Made by a program: the position numbers and the translations under genes. A stretch of DNA of 19,333 nucleotides, taken from IMG/VR virus record IMGVR_UViG_2534681662_000010; one strand, given 5' to 3'. How positions within the stretch are numbered: the stretch's first letter is position 1; every line of letters begins with the position of its first letter. Below, in pieces: positions 15,921-19,333 of this stretch. Below the pieces are notes generated by a model. The model searched no databases. It had not been told where the DNA came from and saw only the letters and a program-made list of their open reading frames with translations. This DNA is from a virus. Lineage: Duplodnaviria > Heunggongvirae > Uroviricota > Caudoviricetes.

Positions 15921-18900
15921 TTTGGGGATTGATGCGGCAGAGTTTAAAAATGAAATTCCCCGTATCAAAAACCTTCTGAATGGTGCAGCCAGCGATGCAG
16001 AACGGTCTTCTGCCCGTATGCAGCGTTTTATGGAGCGTCAGACTCAGGCCGCCCGGCAGACAACGCAGGCAGCTTCTTCGGCTGCAACAGCCGCATCCGT
16101 CCATGCGCAGACGGTGGAGAAGAACGCACAGGCTCATGAACGCATGGCCCGCGAGGTGGAGAAAACCCGCCAGCGCATGGAGGCACTGAGCCAGAAAATG
16201 CGCGAGGAACAGGCGCAGGCCATGGCTCTGGCGGAGGCTCAGGATAAAGCGGCTGCCGCGTTTTATCGTCAGATTGACAGTGTGAAACAGGCCAGTGCGG
16301 GGCTGCAGGAATTACAGCGTATTCAGCAGCAGATCCGACAGGCCAGAAACAGTGGCGGGATTGGTCAGCAGGATTATCTGGCGCTGATTTCTGAGGTTAC
16401 TGCGAAAACTCGTGTTCTTACACAGGCTGAGGAAGAGGCTACCCGACAGAAAGTGGCGTTTATCCGTCAGCTTAAAGAGCAGGCAACCCGCCAGAATCTT
16501 TCTTCTTCTGAGTTGCTTCGTGCTAAGGCTGCCCAGCTGGGGGTAAGCAGTGCTGCAGAAGTGTATATCCGCAAAATGGAGCAGGCAGGAAAAGCCACGC
16601 ATTCGCTGGGTCTGAAAAGTGCAGCGGCCCGCCAGGAGATAGGCGTTCTGATAGGTGAACTGGCTCGCGGCAATTTAGGTGCGCTGAGGGGATCCGGGAT
16701 AACGCTGGCTAACCGTGCCGGATGGATAGACACACTGATGTCACCGAAAGGCATGATGCTGGGCGGGGTTATTGGCGGTATTGCCGCGGCCGTCTATGGT
16801 CTGGGTAAAGCCTGGTATGATGGTCAGAAGGAGGGGGAAGAATTTAACCGCCAGTTGTCGCTGACGGGGCATTATGCCGGAGTCACTGCCGGGCAGCTGT
16901 GGACGCTCAGTCGTGCTATTTCCGGGAATGGTATTACGCAACATGCTGCAGCCGGTGCGCTGGCTCAGGTGGTGGGGAGTGGTACATTTCGTGGAAACGA
17001 TATCGGTATGGTGGCGAGAGCTGCCGCACAGATGGAGCGATCGGTTGGCCAGTCGGTCAGCGATACCATAAATCAGTTTAAGCGGCTGAAGGATGATCCT
17101 GTAAATGCCGCGAAGGCTCTGGACAATGAGCTGCATTTTCTTACTGCCACTCAGCTTGAGCAGATACGCGTCCTTGGGGAACAGGGGCGGTCCAGTGATG
17201 CGGCACGGATAGCCATGTCTGCACTGGCAGAGGAAACCGGTCGGCGTACTGCGGATATTGATAATAACCTCAATGCGCTGGGCAGTACGCTGAAGTATCT
17301 GTCTGATTTATGGAGTCGTTTCTGGGATGCGGCCATGAATATTGGTCGTGAAGACTCGCTGGATGAACAGATTTCCGCTTTACAGGAGAAAGTGTCGCGG
17401 GCGAAAAGACTCCCCTGGACGGCATCATCTTCTCAGGTTGAGTACGATCAGCAGCGTCTTAACGAGCTTCAGGAGAAAAAACGCCAGAAGGATTTGCAGG
17501 ATGCAAAAGAGCAGGCAGAGCAGAATTATCAGGAGCAACAGAAACGCCGTAATGCTGAAAATGCTGCACTGAACCGGATGAATGAAACGGAAGCAGCACG
17601 ACATCAGCGTGAAATTGCGCGTATTAATTCCATGCAGTACGCCGATCAGGCTGTCAGGGATGCGGCGATACAACGTGAAAATGAACGTTACGAGAAAGCC
17701 CTGGCATCCGGTAAGAAAAAAACACGCGAAACCCGTAATGATGAGGCCACCCGGTTATTGCTGCAGTACAGTCAGCAACAGGCACAGGTGGAAGGACAGA
17801 TTGCTGCTGCCAGACAGTCAGCAGGCATTGCCACGGAAAGGATGACAGAAGCGCATAAACAGCTTCTGGCTCTGCAGCAGCGCATCAGCGACCTGGACGG
17901 GAAAAAACTGACGGCAGATGAAAAGAGTGTGCTGGCCCGTAAAGATGAACTGATTCAGGCACTGACGCTGCTGGATGTAAAACAGCAGGAGCTTCAGAAA
18001 CAGACGGCACTCAACGAGCTGAAGAAAAAAACAATTCAGCTGACCAGTCAACTGGCTGAAGAAGAGCGCGCTCAGCGTCAGCAACATGACCTGGATATCG
18101 CCACGGTGGGTATGGGTGATCAGCAGCGGCAGCGATATCAGGTACAACTGAGTCTTCGCCAGAAATACCAGCAACAGCTGGAGCAGTTGAGGCGGGATAG
18201 TGAGCAGAAAGGAACATATAACACGGATGACTACAGAAAGGCCGAGCAGGCGCTGACGGAGAGCCTGAACCGACAACTGAATGAGAATCGCCGTTACTGG
18301 CAACAGCTTGAAGTTGTGCAGGGTAACTGGAAAAACGGAGTCCTGCGTGCATTTCAGAATTTTACCGTGGATGCAGATAATACGGCAGGAACAGCAGAAC
18401 AGGTGTTCTCGTCAGCCTTCAGCAACATGGGAAATGGCCTGGCAACTTTTGTCACTACCGGCAAACTCAATTTCAAATCCTTCACCTCTTCTGTGCTGTC
18501 AGATATGGCGAAAATCCTGGCGCAGGCAACCATGATGAAATCGATAAAAGGGATTGGCAGTGTACTGGGATTTGATCTCAGCAGCCTTTCCCTGAATGCC
18601 AATGGGGGGATTTATCAGTCTGCTGATTTGAGTCGTTACAGTGGCACGGTGGTTAACCGTCCGACGTTTTTTGCTTTTGCAAAAGGCGCGGGTGTGATGG
18701 GGGAAGCGGGACCTGAAGCCATTCTGCCACTGCGTCGTGGTGCTGACGGTAAGCTGGGGGTTGTGGCGGATATTGGTGGTTCAGGTATGGCGATGTTTGC
18801 CCCGCAGTACAACATCGAGATCAATAACGATGGCACGAACGGGCAGATAGGTCCGGCTGCCCTGAAGGTGGTTTATGACCTCGGGAAAAAAGCGGCAGCG

Positions 18901-18957
18901 GACTTTATGCAACAGCAGGCCCGTGATGGTGGTCGGTTAAGTGGAGCATATCGGTAA
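15892..18957 (+). CDS. H: Tail tape measure protein H (1021 aa)
   Basis: GGAGG RBS, ATG 15892. Very long, Ala/Gln/Glu-rich coiled-coil protein with a Gly-rich putative TM stretch (LGGVIGGIAAAVYGLG) and a conserved C-terminus, in the position between G-T and M. Confidence 0.9.
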   Translation: MDQIANLVIDLGIDAAEFKNEIPRIKNLLNGAASDAERSSARMQRFMERQTQAARQTTQAASSAATAASVHAQTVEKNAQAHERMAREVEKTRQRMEALSQKMREEQAQAMALAEAQDKAAAAFYRQIDSVKQASAGLQELQRIQQQIRQARNSGGIGQQDYLALISEVTAKTRVLTQAEEEATRQKVAFIRQLKEQATRQNLSSSELLRAKAAQLGVSSAAEVYIRKMEQAGKATHSLGLKSAAARQEIGVLIGELARGNLGALRGSGITLANRAGWIDTLMSPKGMMLGGVIGGIAAAVYGLGKAWYDGQKEGEEFNRQLSLTGHYAGVTAGQLWTLSRAISGNGITQHAAAGALAQVVGSGTFRGNDIGMVARAAAQMERSVGQSVSDTINQFKRLKDDPVNAAKALDNELHFLTATQLEQIRVLGEQGRSSDAARIAMSALAEETGRRTADIDNNLNALGSTLKYLSDLWSRFWDAAMNIGREDSLDEQISALQEKVSRAKRLPWTASSSQVEYDQQRLNELQEKKRQKDLQDAKEQAEQNYQEQQKRRNAENAALNRMNETEAARHQREIARINSMQYADQAVRDAAIQRENERYEKALASGKKKTRETRNDEATRLLLQYSQQQAQVEGQIAAARQSAGIATERMTEAHKQLLALQQRISDLDGKKLTADEKSVLARKDELIQALTLLDVKQQELQKQTALNELKKKTIQLTSQLAEEERAQRQQHDLDIATVGMGDQQRQRYQVQLSLRQKYQQQLEQLRRDSEQKGTYNTDDYRKAEQALTESLNRQLNENRRYWQQLEVVQGNWKNGVLRAFQNFTVDADNTAGTAEQVFSSAFSNMGNGLATFVTTGKLNFKSFTSSVLSDMAKILAQATMMKSIKGIGSVLGFDLSSLSLNANGGIYQSADLSRYSGTVVNRPTFFAFAKGAGVMGEAGPEAILPLRRGADGKLGVVADIGGSGMAMFAPQYNIEINNDGTNGQIGPAALKVVYDLGKKAAADFMQQQARDGGRLSGAYR

Positions 18958-19286
18958 TGGAGACGTTTCACTGGAAAGTGCGCCCGGATATGAATGTGGT
19001 ATCAGAGCCGAAAGTGGTGACAGTGAAGCTGGGCGATGGTTATGAACAGCGTCGTGCGGCGGGACTGAATAACCAGTTGTCGATTTACAGCGTGACGATA
19101 CGTGTTCGTAAATGTGAACACCCATCTTTAAAAGCCTTTCTGGAACGGCACGGTGGCGTCCGCGCATTTCAGTGGACGCCACCTTATGACTGGAAGCCGA
19201 TCAGGGTGGTTTGTCGTAAATGGTCGGCAAGCGTGGGGGCGCTGTGGGTAACCATAACGGCAGATTTTGAACAGGTCGTGGCATAG
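18957..19286 (+). CDS. M: Minor tail protein M
   Basis: METFHWKVRPDMNVVSEPKVVTVKLGDGYEQRRAAGLNNQLSIYSVTI...HGGVRAFQWTPPYDW...FEQVV is homologous to lambda gpM. Start overlaps the H stop (TAATG). Confidence 0.9.
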   Translation: METFHWKVRPDMNVVSEPKVVTVKLGDGYEQRRAAGLNNQLSIYSVTIRVRKCEHPSLKAFLERHGGVRAFQWTPPYDWKPIRVVCRKWSASVGALWVTITADFEQVVA

Positions 19287-19296
19287 GAGGCCCTGA

Positions 19297-19333
19297 TGCA
19301 GGATATTTCACAGGAAACACATCATGAGACGAC
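19297..19333 (+). CDS. L: Minor tail protein L, first 12 codons (continues beyond window)
   Basis: MQDISQETHHET matches the lambda gpL N-terminus (MQDIRQETL...). Confidence 0.7.

Noticed and set aside
15802-18602. ORFs antisense or out of frame within the tape measure gene (for example 15802..16137, 16741..17136, 17818..18303, 18011..18352, 18354..18602)
   Set aside because: Shadow ORFs of a long coiled-coil gene; low-complexity translations.
1-19333. CRISPR arrays, tRNA or rRNA genes
   Set aside because: I found no regularly spaced direct repeats and no cloverleaf-like or rRNA-like segment; the only repeats are the IS termini and the isolated palindromes listed as features.

Overview
The window is enterobacterial (E. 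coli/Shigella-like) DNA in two parts. Positions 1-2900 are an IS-scrambled accessory patch: a partial IS30 nested in an IS911 fragment, an intact orphan colicin Ia/Ib-type immunity gene facing a colicin pore-domain fragment cut by an IS1, and an AT-rich AraC-family C-terminal fragment. Positions 2900-19333 are the late region of a lambda/Gifsy-like siphovirus prophage in collinear order: S21-type pinholin, a two-gene convergent insert, SAR endolysin, Rz with embedded Rz1, an AT-rich reverse-strand moron, a lambda-like cos site, small and large terminase, W, portal, ClpP-like protease fused to major capsid, head completion genes, Z, U, V, G/G-T, tape measure, M and the start of L. The prophage looks defective: no Q or late-promoter module is present upstream of the holin, and the portal gene carries an in-frame TAG. 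The two best candidates for undescribed cargo are the convergent gene pair between holin and endolysin (3233-3815) and the 230-aa moron at the bor-equivalent position (5165-5857). All homology calls are from reading translations against remembered family sequences; no searches were run.
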